Notes: a model not told the origin generated them from the letters alone. 64,000 nucleotides of DNA from an uncultured Rubrivirga sp. (GCA_964550285.1 CAZJYN010000001.1:50620-114619); one strand, 5' to 3'; shown: positions 48,955 through 57,975, numbered from the stretch's first letter. Translations and numbers: made by a program.

Positions 48955-50000
48955 TCGGCTAGCCCGGACTTCTCGAGGACCTCGGACATCATGCGAAGCA
49001 CACCCACCCGCTGCTCGATGGTTCCAGCGAAGGATCCGATCGTGAGAGTGGTGACCCCGGCATCGGCGTAGGCGTGCAGACGTTCGCCGATGCGCTCGGG
49101 TGGGCCGATGAGGGCGGTTTTGTCGATGAACTCCAATGGCACCGCCGCGGCAGCACCGCCGTAGTCCTTGGACATGTACTTGTCTTGGATCTCGGCCGCT
49201 TGGCTTTCATAGCCCATACGCGCCATTAGTTGGTTGTAGAAGTTCTTGTCCCGTGAACCCATCCCACCGACGTACAGCGCCGCGTAGGCCCGGATCGGCT
49301 CTGCACACTCCTCGACGCTGGCGCCGGGCACGACGGGAACCGTGGGCACCACATCGAAGCCCTCCATGGTTTTGCCCGCCTGCTGCCTACCGCGTACCAG
49401 CGGCTCCATTAGTTCCCCGGCATCTTCGGGGCTGAAGAAGATGGCGAGCCAACCGTCGGCGATCTCCCCGCACAACTCCAGGTTCTTCGGCCCGATCGCG
49501 GCCAGATAGATCGGCAGTTGCTCCCGGACCGGATGCACGGTCAACGTCAGCGCCTTGCCCGGGCCGTCGGGCAGCGGTAACTGCCAGAACTGCCCTTCGT
49601 AGGTCACCCGTTCGCGGCGCAGTGCCATCCGAACGATGTCGACGTACTCCCGCGTGCGGGCCAGCGGCTTGTCGAAACGCACCCCGTGCCATCCCTCGGA
49701 CACCTGGGGGCCGGAGACACCGAGTCCGAGCCGGAACCGACCGCCGGACAGGGTGTCCAAGGTCGCGGCGGTCATGGCGCAGTTGGCTGGCGTCCGTCCG
49801 GGGATCTGGAAGATCGCCGAACCGATGTCGATCGAGGTGGTCTGCGCTGCGATCCAGGACAGCACCGTTGCGGCATCGGACCCGTACGCCTCCGCGGCCC
49901 ACGCGACGCTGTAGCCCAAACGGTCGGCCTCACGAGCCACCTCGAGGTTGTCCGCGTCGTTGCCCGCACCCCAGTAACCGAGATTCACACCCAATTTCAT
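48951..50000 (-). CDS. LLM-class (luciferase-like) oxidoreductase, probably F420-dependent
   Basis: MKLGVNLGYWGAG...AEAYGSDA...; TIM-barrel LLM family. The F420 dependence is inferred from typical actinobacterial members. Confidence 0.8.
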   Translation of the reverse strand: MKLGVNLGYWGAGNDADNLEVAREADRLGYSVAWAAEAYGSDAATVLSWIAAQTTSIDIGSAIFQIPGRTPANCAMTAATLDTLSGGRFRLGLGVSGPQVSEGWHGVRFDKPLARTREYVDIVRMALRRERVTYEGQFWQLPLPDGPGKALTLTVHPVREQLPIYLAAIGPKNLELCGEIADGWLAIFFSPEDAGELMEPLVRGRQQAGKTMEGFDVVPTVPVVPGASVEECAEPIRAYAALYVGGMGSRDKNFYNQLMARMGYESQAAEIQDKYMSKDYGGAAAAVPLEFIDKTALIGPPERIGERLHAYADAGVTTLTIGSFAGTIEQRVGVLRMMSEVLEKSGLAD

Positions 50001-50006
50001 TCCGCC

Positions 50007-50012
50007 ACCCTA
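50007..50012 (-). promoter_or_regulatory. -10 hexamer TAGGGT, predicted leaderless promoter
   Basis: Reverse complement of acccta; 6-nt spacer to ATG at 50000. Confidence 0.45.
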
Positions 50013-50045
50013 GGGCCAAAGCCCGGAATGCACCGGTAGCGCCAA

Positions 50046-50051
50046 TAACGT
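50046..50051 (+). promoter_or_regulatory. -10 hexamer TAACGT, predicted leaderless promoter
   Basis: TANNNT; 6-nt spacer to ATG 50058. Confidence 0.45.
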
Positions 50052-50057
50052 TCACGC

Positions 50058-51038
50058 ATGCAGCAACGACCTCTCGGCAGATCCGGAGTATGGGTGGGCC
50101 GCCTCGCCCTGGGCACCATGACCTGGGCGAAGCAGACGGATGAATACGAAGCTCGCGATCAACTTGCCGCGTTCTTGGACGCTGGCGGCTCACTGATCGA
50201 TACCGCGGATAGCTACGCCCAAGGCGGTAGCGAGGACCTACTAGGCACCTTGCTGCAGGAGTTCGACTGCCGAGACGATGTCGTGCTGGCCACCAAGGCC
50301 GTGCAGCGCCCGGGCACCGAACGTCGCCTCGATGCCAGCCGCCGTCATCTGCTCAAGGCCCTGGACGCATCCCTCGCCCGGCTCGATGTGGATCACATCG
50401 ACCTGTGGCAGGTGCATCGCTGGGACTCCTGGACGCCGCTGGAGGAGACACTCGCGGCGCTCGACTACGCCGTTGCAAGCGGCAAGGTGCGCTACGTCGG
50501 CATCTCGAACTACTCCGGTTGGCAAACCGCGCGCGCCTGCACGATCCAGCAATCGAAGGGCTCGGCGCCGATCATCACCACCCAAATGGAGTACTCGCTC
50601 CTCGAGCGAGGCATCGAACGCGAGATCGTCCCGGCGGCCCAGACACTGGGCCTGGGGATCTTGCCCTGGTCCCCGCTCGGTCGGGGTGTGCTGACCGGCA
50701 AATACCGCCATTCGATCCCGATCGACTCCCGTGGGGGGAACCCGGAAACCAGCGGGTTCGTCGGCGCGTACAACAACGAGCGCTCGCACCGCATCGTCGA
50801 TGCCGTCTGCACCGCGGCCGAGGGGCTAGATGCCGCACCCGGGGAGGTCGCCTTGGCGTGGCTGCGTGATCGACCGGGGGTCGTGGCTCCCATCCTCGGT
50901 GCCCGCAACACGAACCAACTCATCTCGGCGCTCGCCAGCGAGGAACTCGAACTGCCCGAGGAGATCATCACGGCACTGGAGGATGTGTCCGAACCGCCGA
51001 TGGGGTATCCCGAAGCCGGCTGGGCGCAAAGCCGCTAA
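50058..51038 (+). CDS. aldo/keto reductase
   Basis: LGTMTW...DTADSYAQGGSE...ATK...GISNYSGWQ; AKR catalytic tetrad context. Confidence 0.9.
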   Translation: MQQRPLGRSGVWVGRLALGTMTWAKQTDEYEARDQLAAFLDAGGSLIDTADSYAQGGSEDLLGTLLQEFDCRDDVVLATKAVQRPGTERRLDASRRHLLKALDASLARLDVDHIDLWQVHRWDSWTPLEETLAALDYAVASGKVRYVGISNYSGWQTARACTIQQSKGSAPIITTQMEYSLLERGIEREIVPAAQTLGLGILPWSPLGRGVLTGKYRHSIPIDSRGGNPETSGFVGAYNNERSHRIVDAVCTAAEGLDAAPGEVALAWLRDRPGVVAPILGARNTNQLISALASEELELPEEIITALEDVSEPPMGYPEAGWAQSR

Positions 51039-51044
51039 CCCCCT

Positions 51045-51113
51045 CCCCGTTGCGGCGTCCGGCGTCGGGCCGATTCGAGGAATTTCGGCCCGACGACTGA
51101 CGCGGCAACGGGG
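51045..51113 (+). terminator. 69-nt two-tier GC-rich hairpin, candidate terminator of the aldo/keto reductase gene
   Basis: Outer stem ccccgttgcggcgtc / gacgcggcaacgggg (15 bp, 1 mismatch). Inner stem gtcgggccga / tcggcccgac (10 bp), 11-nt loop. Lies between the stop at 51038 and the next -10 at 51145. No U tract. Confidence 0.45.
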
Positions 51114-51144
51114 GTGAACGGGCGCGCCGGGTCGGTCGCGGTCA

Positions 51145-51150
51145 TAGGGT
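51145..51150 (+). promoter_or_regulatory. -10 hexamer TAGGGT, predicted leaderless promoter
   Basis: TANNNT; 6-nt spacer to GTG 51157. Confidence 0.45.
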
Positions 51151-51156
51151 CAACGC

Positions 51157-51354
51157 GTGGGCAACGGGCGCAGCACCTGGGAATTCCGCGAGGTGAGCAT
51201 CTCCCGGGACACTCCACGTGAGGAGGCGCGGGCGTTGCTCACCGCATCCGCGGAAACCGAACACTGGGAACTCGATCGCACCCGCATCTTCCGTGATGGC
51301 CGCCGCCAATACCGGCTACGACGACGCGTCTATCGGGTCGTGCGCACTTCCTAG
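51157..51354 (+). CDS. DUF5703 family small protein
   Basis: 65 aa; WEFREVSISRDTPREEARALLTASAETEHWELDRTRIFRDGRRQYRLRRRVYRV resembles the actinobacterial family usually found beside an M20 peptidase. Confidence 0.65.
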   Translation: MGNGRSTWEFREVSISRDTPREEARALLTASAETEHWELDRTRIFRDGRRQYRLRRRVYRVVRTS

Positions 51355-51376
51355 TGAGGTTGGGTGTGGCGTGTAC

Positions 51377-52699
51377 TCAGCACGCCATCAAGAATCGGTG
51401 CAGCGTTCGGACCCCGAATTCCAGCCCGGCGACCGGTACCCGCTCGTCGACCCCGTGGAACAGGCGCCAATAGTCCAAGTCCGGTGGCATCTGAAGCGGT
51501 GAGAAGCCGTAGCAGTCGATACCCAGACGCGTGAGTGCCTTGGCGTCCGTGCCACCGCTGATCATGTAGGGAACTGCCCGTGCTCCGGGGTCCTCCTCAC
51601 GCAGCACTTGGGCCATGAGATCGAAGGTGGTCGTCTCGAAGGGCGCTTCGATGGCGATATCCCCGTTCACCGCTTCGATCTCGATGTTCTGTGAGACAAG
51701 TGAGCGGATGGTTTGGTCGAACTCCTCCTCGTAGCCGGGTAGGAACCGCCCATCGATGTGGGCCGTGGCATCGGTGGGGATCACGTTGACCTTGTATCCG
51801 GCTTCGAGCATGGACGGGTTGGCGGTGTTTTGCAGCGTTGCACCCACCAACATGCCCAGTGTGCCCAAACGTCGTAGAACCTCGTCGGTGTCCGAGACGT
51901 CGAGATCGATTCCGTAGGCCTGCGCGAGTTCGTCCAAGAAGCGCTCGACGGTCTTGGTGCGGCGTATCGGCCACTCATGACGACCGATACGGGTGACCGC
52001 CTCGGTGAGTTCGGTGACGGCGTTGTCCTCGTGGATCATCGAGCCGTGCCCTGCGCGCATGCTCGCGCGCAGCCGCAACCACTTGATGCCCTTTTCCGCC
52101 GTTTGGATCGGATATAGCCGCAAGTCGTCGTGGATCGACAACGAGAATCCGCCGACCTCACCCACTGCTTCGCTGGCGCCTGTGAACAGGTCAGGGCGGT
52201 TGTGGACCATCCACTGCGAACCGTGCACCATGCCGGCTTCCTCGTCGGGGAAGAACGTGACGATGATGTCCCGCCGCGGGCGTTCGCCGCTGCGGCCCCA
52301 ATGGCGAGCGACGGCCAGGATCATCGCGTCCATGTTCTTCATGTCGACCGCGCCGCGTCCCCAGATGAAGCCGTCGTCCACCTCGGCCGCGAACGGTGGA
52401 TGCGACCAGTCCGCGGCGATCGCGGGGACGACGTCGAGGTGACCGTGCAGCACCAGCGCAGACGCATCGGGATCTGTTCCGGGGATACGGGCGACCATGC
52501 CGCGCCGGGTGTCGCTCGTGGTGGTGATGACCTCAGGCTCGAAACCAACCTCGCGTAGTTTCTCCGCGCAGAACAGCGCCGCCTCCGCCTCGCCGACGGT
52601 CTCATCCGAGGGGCCGTAGTTCGTTGTGTCGATCCGGATCAGATCCTGGGTCAAGGCGATTGCTTCGCGCTGCAGGAGTTCGCGCTCGGTGTCTTGCAT
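51377..52699 (-). CDS. M20/M25/M40 family metallo-hydrolase (Rv2141c-like)
   Basis: Start at ATG 52699 (MQDTEREL...). LHGHLDVVP, GRGAVDMK, FFPDEEAG metal-binding motifs. Confidence 0.85.
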   Translation of the reverse strand: MQDTERELLQREAIALTQDLIRIDTTNYGPSDETVGEAEAALFCAEKLREVGFEPEVITTTSDTRRGMVARIPGTDPDASALVLHGHLDVVPAIAADWSHPPFAAEVDDGFIWGRGAVDMKNMDAMILAVARHWGRSGERPRRDIIVTFFPDEEAGMVHGSQWMVHNRPDLFTGASEAVGEVGGFSLSIHDDLRLYPIQTAEKGIKWLRLRASMRAGHGSMIHEDNAVTELTEAVTRIGRHEWPIRRTKTVERFLDELAQAYGIDLDVSDTDEVLRRLGTLGMLVGATLQNTANPSMLEAGYKVNVIPTDATAHIDGRFLPGYEEEFDQTIRSLVSQNIEIEAVNGDIAIEAPFETTTFDLMAQVLREEDPGARAVPYMISGGTDAKALTRLGIDCYGFSPLQMPPDLDYWRLFHGVDERVPVAGLEFGVRTLHRFLMAC

Positions 52700-52801
52700 G
52701 GGCCCATCCTGCCGTGCAGTCCGCAGATGCCGCAGTCGTATCCACGGCCCCACCACCCCGACGTTATGCTGTGCGCCGCACGCATCCCACGTGCAGCACT
52801 C

Positions 52802-52887
52802 GTCCGGGTGGCGGAATTGGCAGACGCGCTAGCTTGAGGTGCTAGTGCCCTTTACGGGGCATGGGGGTTCAAGTCCCCCCTCGGACA
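52802..52887 (+). tRNA. tRNA-Leu (anticodon GAG)
   Basis: Manual cloverleaf: acceptor GTCCGGG/CTCGGAC (one G-U), anticodon arm CTAGC-TTGAGGT-GCTAG, long variable arm (class II), T arm GGGGG-TTCAAGT-CCCCC, discriminator A. CCA not encoded. Confidence 0.9.
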
Positions 52888-52910
52888 CTCGTCGTAGTGG
52901 GTTTTCATCG

Positions 52911-52943
52911 GCGTCGGTCAGCGGGTCGCGTCGGTCAGCGGGT
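52911..52943. repeat. 17-bp tandem direct duplication (gcgtcggtcagcgggt x2)
   Basis: Identical 16-mers at 52911-52926 and 52928-52943, 24 nt 3' of the tRNA. The second copy contains the last codons and the stop of the minus-strand phosphatase gene. Confidence 0.9.
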
Positions 52944-53528
52944 AGATGGGGCGGGGACCCGTCCTAGAACCTCGAGGTCACCTGTCGCCTGGTTGGCGCG
53001 AACCACCACCCCCTCACCGGATGTCGGCGCGATACCGGTCAAGTCGATGATGTTGGCCTGGTGCCCCACGATCACCAAGACACCGTCGCGGTCGCCATGG
53101 CGGCGAATGAGTCGTTCGGTAGCCCGCTGTCGGCGGTTAGCGGTGCGTTCGGATGACTGGAACACCGAACCCAGCCGCATAAGTTCGCGTACCGGCCCCT
53201 GGCGCATCAGCCGAGCGGTATCGCGGGATCGACACCACGGACTGGAGAGCACCCGAGCTACGGGGACGTCGTTCTTGCGCAGCTGTCGACCCATGCGAAC
53301 GGCTTGCCGGCGGCCGGCAGCGGACAAATTGCGTTGGCTCGCGCAGTCCTGGACATCGAAGTCGGGTGGGTCACCACCGCCCGGAGCCAGCGCGTGACGG
53401 TAGAGCACCACGGCCCCATCTGCTTGCGATAAGTCGTCCCAGATGTCGGCCGCCTGCACGGCACCCGAGGCCCCTACGGTCGACAACACCAGCGCCAGGG
53501 CTACCGCGAGAGCCGTTTTCACCCCCAA
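52935..53528 (-). CDS. secreted histidine phosphatase family protein
   Basis: Signal peptide MGVKTALAVALALVLSTVGASGAVQA, then LYRHALAPG (RH motif) and VGHQANI. Start uncertain (TTG 53528 or GTG 53522). Confidence 0.75.
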   Translation of the reverse strand: MGVKTALAVALALVLSTVGASGAVQAADIWDDLSQADGAVVLYRHALAPGGGDPPDFDVQDCASQRNLSAAGRRQAVRMGRQLRKNDVPVARVLSSPWCRSRDTARLMRQGPVRELMRLGSVFQSSERTANRRQRATERLIRRHGDRDGVLVIVGHQANIIDLTGIAPTSGEGVVVRANQATGDLEVLGRVPAPSTR

Positions 53529-53582
53529 TGACTACCCGTCGGGGCGGGGTTCGGCAATTCGAGCGCGAAGTCCACCGTGTCC

Positions 53583-53588
53583 TAGCCT
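53583..53588 (+). promoter_or_regulatory. -10 hexamer TAGCCT, predicted leaderless promoter
   Basis: TANNNT; 6-nt spacer to ATG 53595. Confidence 0.45.
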
Positions 53589-53594
53589 GCGAAG

Positions 53595-54362
53595 ATGATC
53601 ACCCGGTATGCGCCGACTCCCAGCGGCTTCTTGCACCTCGGCAACCTGGTGAACCTGTCCTTGACCGCACGGCTAGCGGAGCGAAACGACGCTGCCATCG
53701 TCCTACGCATCGACGACGCCGACACCGCGCGGGTGCGCCAGGCGTATCTGGACGACATCTTCGCCGCCCTCGACTGGCTGGGTGTCCCCTGGCACACCGG
53801 TCCTCGGGATGTCGCCGACCTTGCGAATTGGTCACAACACTGCCGTCATGAGATGTACCGAAGTGCCGCCCGCGAGCTGCACGACACCGAAGCGGCGTAT
53901 GTGTGCGAGTGCTCGCGTGCGGAATGGTCCGAGTGGTCCGAATCCTCCGACTCCACAGGTGCCGGCTGTCCTCGGCGGTGCGCGGAACGAAGTTTGCGTC
54001 TGACCCCTGGGAAGAACGCACTGCGCTTGGCACAGGTGGGCCTGCGTGACGTGGTGTTGTGGCGTCGAGAGGATGGTCCCTCCTACCACCTCGCCAGCAT
54101 CGTCGATGACGACTACTTCGGCGTGGATTTCGTAGTCCGCGGTGCTGACCTAGAGGAATCGACGCACATCCAGCGATCGATCTCCCGAGCGCTACCCGGT
54201 GCTCGGTTCCACGATGCCCACGTGGTGCACCACCGGTTGCTTACCGATGAATCCGGCCGCAAGCTGTCCAAGAGCGCTGGGCACAGCGCCCGCGCACCGG
54301 AACGGACCGAGGACCTGCGCCGGGAGGTCGACTCGTGGGTTGAGCAACTCCTAGTCGGATGA
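53595..54362 (+). CDS. gluQ: glutamyl-Q tRNA(Asp) synthetase-like protein (truncated GluRS paralogue)
   Basis: YAPTPSGFLHLGN (HIGH-like), KLSKS, Cys cluster CECS...CPRRC. 255 aa, shorter than the roughly 300-aa GluQRS I remember. Confidence 0.75.
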   Translation: MITRYAPTPSGFLHLGNLVNLSLTARLAERNDAAIVLRIDDADTARVRQAYLDDIFAALDWLGVPWHTGPRDVADLANWSQHCRHEMYRSAARELHDTEAAYVCECSRAEWSEWSESSDSTGAGCPRRCAERSLRLTPGKNALRLAQVGLRDVVLWRREDGPSYHLASIVDDDYFGVDFVVRGADLEESTHIQRSISRALPGARFHDAHVVHHRLLTDESGRKLSKSAGHSARAPERTEDLRREVDSWVEQLLVG

Positions 54363-54617
54363 CGAGGGCTCTTGCTCTGCCTCGAAATCGCGGAAGTTGA
54401 AATACCAGATGTAGAAGCCGGCCACGAGCGGACCGGCGATGATCAAGAAGAACGGGATCGCGCCCCCCACCCCTTGCCCGATGTATTGCAGGGCCTGCCA
54501 GACCAAGGCCACCGCGAGGGCGATGAAGACCAGGCTGATGAACAGGCTCTGCGGCCGGCGCGCACCCCAAGGTCGACCTGGGTTGTAGTCGTCTTGGATC
54601 GGTGCTTGGTCGCTCAC
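54351..54617 (-). CDS. hypothetical small membrane protein
   Basis: 88 aa with two TM segments (LFISLVFIALAVALVW; AIPFFLIIAGPLVAGFYIWYF). Confidence 0.5.
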   Translation of the reverse strand: MSDQAPIQDDYNPGRPWGARRPQSLFISLVFIALAVALVWQALQYIGQGVGGAIPFFLIIAGPLVAGFYIWYFNFRDFEAEQEPSSSD

Positions 54618-54662
54618 GTCGTCATGCTCCCACGGGGTTGGTCGAATCGCCGGCGGAATGTC

Positions 54663-55634
54663 TCACGCTTCACTGGAGAACACCCGAGCCCGCAGTGCCT
54701 CACGTCGGTTCTCGAAACGGTCGACCTGTTGGTCCATCTCCGCGAGGTATGCCGCTAGTTCCTGACGCGCCTGTTCACCCGCGGGCCCGAGATCCGTGCG
54801 CTCGAAGACCCTCCACTTGCGCAGTACCGGCCACAGCACTTCGTCGCGGTGCTGCTTGAGGTCGTAGATGCCCGCGACCGCGATTTGGACGGCCTTGCGG
54901 GTGAATCCGTCGATGCCGTGCCCCGGCATGGCGAAGTCGCGGACGCTGTCCCAGACCGCCTGCATGGTGGCATCGGGTGCGATGTCGAAGGCGGCGGCGA
55001 GCACATTGCGGTAGAAGACCATGTGCAGGTTCTCATCGAGCGCGATCCGCTGTAGGAGCCGCTCGGCGGTCTCATCACCGGTCGCGGCGCCGGTGTTGCG
55101 GTGGCTGACACGTGTTGCGAGTTCCTGGAACGAGACATAGGCCAAGCCGGCGAGAATCCCCGGGTGGATCGGCTGGAAGCCCGCTGTCATGTGCACCATG
55201 CGGGCGCGCTCCAATTCGATCGGATCCACGGCGCGGGTTACCACCAGGTAGTCCCGGATCGCCGTTCCGTGTCGGTCCTCTTCAGCGGTCCACCGGCCGA
55301 CCCACTCACCCCACGGCCCGTCGAAACCGAAGATGTCGGCGATCGCATGGTGGTAGCTGGGCAGGTTGTCCTCGGTCAACAAGTTGATGATCAAGCTGGT
55401 TCGCGCTGCCTCGGAGAACTTCAGTTCCTCTTCGGTCCACTCGCGACCACCAAGCGGACCGGCGAAGTCCTCACCCTGGCTCCACGGCACGTACTCATGC
55501 GGGAACCATTCCTTGGCCTGACGCAGGTGCCGGTCGAGTTCCCCAGCCACCACCGGCTCGAGTTCCCACAGCAAACCCATGGTCTCGCCGCTGACGATCC
55601 CATCGGATGTGTGCCGTTCGTGAGTGCTGGTCAT
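54663..55634 (-). CDS. desA: acyl-ACP desaturase (DesA-like di-iron enzyme)
   Basis: Di-iron motifs LLTEDNLPSYHH, WTAEEDRHG, ALDENLHMVFY. Confidence 0.9.
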   Translation of the reverse strand: MTSTHERHTSDGIVSGETMGLLWELEPVVAGELDRHLRQAKEWFPHEYVPWSQGEDFAGPLGGREWTEEELKFSEAARTSLIINLLTEDNLPSYHHAIADIFGFDGPWGEWVGRWTAEEDRHGTAIRDYLVVTRAVDPIELERARMVHMTAGFQPIHPGILAGLAYVSFQELATRVSHRNTGAATGDETAERLLQRIALDENLHMVFYRNVLAAAFDIAPDATMQAVWDSVRDFAMPGHGIDGFTRKAVQIAVAGIYDLKQHRDEVLWPVLRKWRVFERTDLGPAGEQARQELAAYLAEMDQQVDRFENRREALRARVFSSEA

Positions 55635-55756
55635 AGGTCAACTCTCGCACATCCACGTAGGACTTTGGCCCCTGCTCACTGTGGTCCGGAGGGTCTAGCC
55701 TGGTCGGGGCGCCGGTGGTGCCCGGGTGGAACCGACAGGAAGGCCGGTGAGCAGCG

Positions 55757-56209
55757 ATGACCGTTCATGGTGACTCTCCGAAAGAGGTATCGAAGGCGAC
55801 CGCATACGAAGGCGGCCCGGCTGGTGATGGCGCCGACCAGGCCGAGCATCTGAGCATGGTGATGGAAGCTGAGGCGATCCACAACGCCTTGAACGGTGGC
55901 GGCGGCGAGGGCTCACTCGACGGACTGGACTATCCGCTCGAAGACACCGAGTCGACACTGGCCATGGAGGACGCCGAGGATTCCAGCGACGATCCGATGC
56001 ACGCCGGCGGCCTTACGCCGCGCCCGTGGGTAGGCGCGGAGGAGGCGGCGATGCACGTCGAGGACGACTTCGACCCATCCGCGGACACCTACATCGATTC
56101 CGAGACCGACGCCGAGCGAGCGGATCCGAACTTCGACCAATTCGACGAGCCCGAGGAGCACTTGACCCCCGAGGACGAGACGCTACGGGGTGTAGATCCC
56201 TACGAATAG
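55757..56209 (+). CDS. hypothetical highly acidic protein
   Basis: 150 aa, Asp/Glu-rich low complexity. Coding-like codon bias. No confident family. Confidence 0.5.
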   Translation: MTVHGDSPKEVSKATAYEGGPAGDGADQAEHLSMVMEAEAIHNALNGGGGEGSLDGLDYPLEDTESTLAMEDAEDSSDDPMHAGGLTPRPWVGAEEAAMHVEDDFDPSADTYIDSETDAERADPNFDQFDEPEEHLTPEDETLRGVDPYE

Positions 56210-56216
56210 GCCCGCA

Positions 56217-56239
56217 CCCAGCCCAGCCCAGCCCAGCCC
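56217..56239. repeat. pentanucleotide repeat (CCCAG)x4 + CCC
   Basis: cccag cccag cccag cccag ccc fills the 29-nt convergent intergenic gap. It is partly complementary to cttgggcttgggctg at 56244-56258. Confidence 0.9.
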
Positions 56240-56514
56240 TACGCCTTGGGCTTGGGCTGCGGCTTGCGCAGTTTGCGCGCCCCGGACTTCACGACGCCAC
56301 CGAGCACCATGCCCAGGGCGAAGGAACCGACCACCAGGGCCCACACCCAAACTTGTACCTCCGCGCCGAGGAACTTCACATCGGCGAGTTGGAGGTTCTG
56401 CACGGCGAAGACGAGCAGCACCACGGCGATGACGATCAGCACGATGCCCCGCCAGGTGATCGTGATGCCCTTCTTGGCGGGCGGCCCGGCGAGTTGTCCG
56501 GAATCCTCGGCCAT
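56239..56514 (-). CDS. LapA-domain (DUF1049) small membrane protein
   Basis: 91 aa, two TM segments, FAVQNLQLADVKFLG motif; basic KPQPKPKA tail. Confidence 0.65.
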   Translation of the reverse strand: MAEDSGQLAGPPAKKGITITWRGIVLIVIAVVLLVFAVQNLQLADVKFLGAEVQVWVWALVVGSFALGMVLGGVVKSGARKLRKPQPKPKA

Positions 56515-56525
56515 GCGTACTCCCG

Positions 56526-57377
56526 GTGTGCTTGGGTGACGGTGTGACCCCCCAGCCTAATGATTCGAGTGCGACCCCTGCGCAGACTTTGCTCGTCGAG
56601 ATTCGCGACTCCATCGCCGAGGTGCGGCTGAATCGACCGGAGACCTTGAACGCCCTGACCCCGGAGATGGGTCCGGCCTACGCCACGCTGCTTAGCGAAC
56701 TCGATTCCGACCCTGCCGTGCGCGGGATCTTGGTGACCGGTTCCGGTCGCGGCTTTTGCTCAGGGGCCGACCTATCGACGCTTAGCGGCTCGGTCGAGGA
56801 ACTGCGAAGCTACGTGTCCGGGCAATCGCTTGGGACCCTGCCGGCCGTGGCACTGAGCCTGGGAACTCCGGTGGCAACGGCGATCAATGGCCCGTGCGCC
56901 GGCATCGGCTTCGTGCTGGCGGTCAGCGCCGATGCGCGCTTCGTGCACCCGGAAGCGACACTCAGTACGACCTTCGCGCGGTTGGGCTTGGTAGCCGAAT
57001 ACGGGATCGCCTGGCTACTTCCCCGCTTGATCGGGCAGCCGGCGGCCACCGATCTACTACTCACCGGACGCACCATCACCGGTGTCCAGGCCGAGGAATT
57101 GCAGCTGGCCCAATGCGCTGTCGATCCGGTGGCTGCGGCGCGCGAATGGCTGGCCAGCATCGCCCAGAACGCTTCACCGGCATCGGTGGCCACCATGAAG
57201 CGTCAGCTGCTGCAAGCCGATTCACAGACACTCCAGCAATCCATCGACACTTCCCTCGATGAGATGGCCGCAGCGTTCGAATCCCCCGACCTCGTCGAGG
57301 CGCTGACAGCGCGCGCGCAAAAGCGACCCGCGAACTTCGCCGGATACCCGGCCGCGGGAGCGATCGACGAGGACTAG
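56526..57377 (+). CDS. enoyl-CoA hydratase/isomerase family protein
   Basis: IAEVRLNRPETLNAL...GSGRGFCSGADL...AINGPCAGIG crotonase motifs. Start uncertain: GTG 56526 lies only 11 nt from the divergent gene. Confidence 0.85.
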   Translation: MCLGDGVTPQPNDSSATPAQTLLVEIRDSIAEVRLNRPETLNALTPEMGPAYATLLSELDSDPAVRGILVTGSGRGFCSGADLSTLSGSVEELRSYVSGQSLGTLPAVALSLGTPVATAINGPCAGIGFVLAVSADARFVHPEATLSTTFARLGLVAEYGIAWLLPRLIGQPAATDLLLTGRTITGVQAEELQLAQCAVDPVAAAREWLASIAQNASPASVATMKRQLLQADSQTLQQSIDTSLDEMAAAFESPDLVEALTARAQKRPANFAGYPAAGAIDED

Positions 57378-57910
57378 GTCAGCAAGCCGCAGTGCGCGAG
57401 CGCCATCCGCACCAACCGGCCCTGTCCCCCACTCATCTGTTCCTGGAATTGCGGGCTCGCTGCTTCTGGCGGGCTGACCCACACCAAGTCGAGCGACTCC
57501 TGGCTGGGCTCGCAATCCCCTTCGATGACGACTACGAAGGCGAGTGAGACGGCGTGCTGCCGCGGGTCGTGGAACCCGGTCACGAACTCATCGGGAAAGT
57601 ACTCCACGACCGTGAACGGCTGTGGTGATGCGGGGACCTGGGGTAGGGCCATCGAGCCGAGATCCTTCTCCAGATGACGCACGAGGGCGTCGCGCACGAG
57701 TTCGCCGTAAAGGACCCGTCCGGAGACGATGGCGCGCGAGATGGAACCGTCGGGCATGCCGCGCAGCAGCAGGCCGATGCTGGTGACCTCACCGCGGCCA
57801 TCGGTCCGTACCGGCACAGCATCTACGTAGACCATCGGTACTCGCTCACGAGCGGAGTCGAGTTCGTCCTGGCTCAGCCACGAGCCGCGCACGTCCAGCA
57901 TGTCGCTCAT
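57374..57910 (-). CDS. NUDIX-fold-like hypothetical protein (DUF4916-like)
   Basis: 178 aa; VPMVYVDAVPVRTDGRGEVTSIGLLLR resembles the N-terminal strand pattern of NUDIX-like DUF4916 proteins. The assignment is from memory only. Confidence 0.5.
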   Translation of the reverse strand: MSDMLDVRGSWLSQDELDSARERVPMVYVDAVPVRTDGRGEVTSIGLLLRGMPDGSISRAIVSGRVLYGELVRDALVRHLEKDLGSMALPQVPASPQPFTVVEYFPDEFVTGFHDPRQHAVSLAFVVVIEGDCEPSQESLDLVWVSPPEAASPQFQEQMSGGQGRLVRMALAHCGLLT

Positions 57911-57975
57911 GTGGCCGATTGTGGCAGGTGATCGTTTCGTCGTGGTGTTGTGTCTTACGGCCGGTGCTCACCACT

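Noticed and set aside
52802-54362. Possible genomic island or prophage integrated at tRNA-Leu.
   Set aside because: No integrase, recombinase or phage-like genes follow the tRNA. The neighbouring genes (phosphatase, GluQRS-like, desaturase) have the same composition as the rest of the window.
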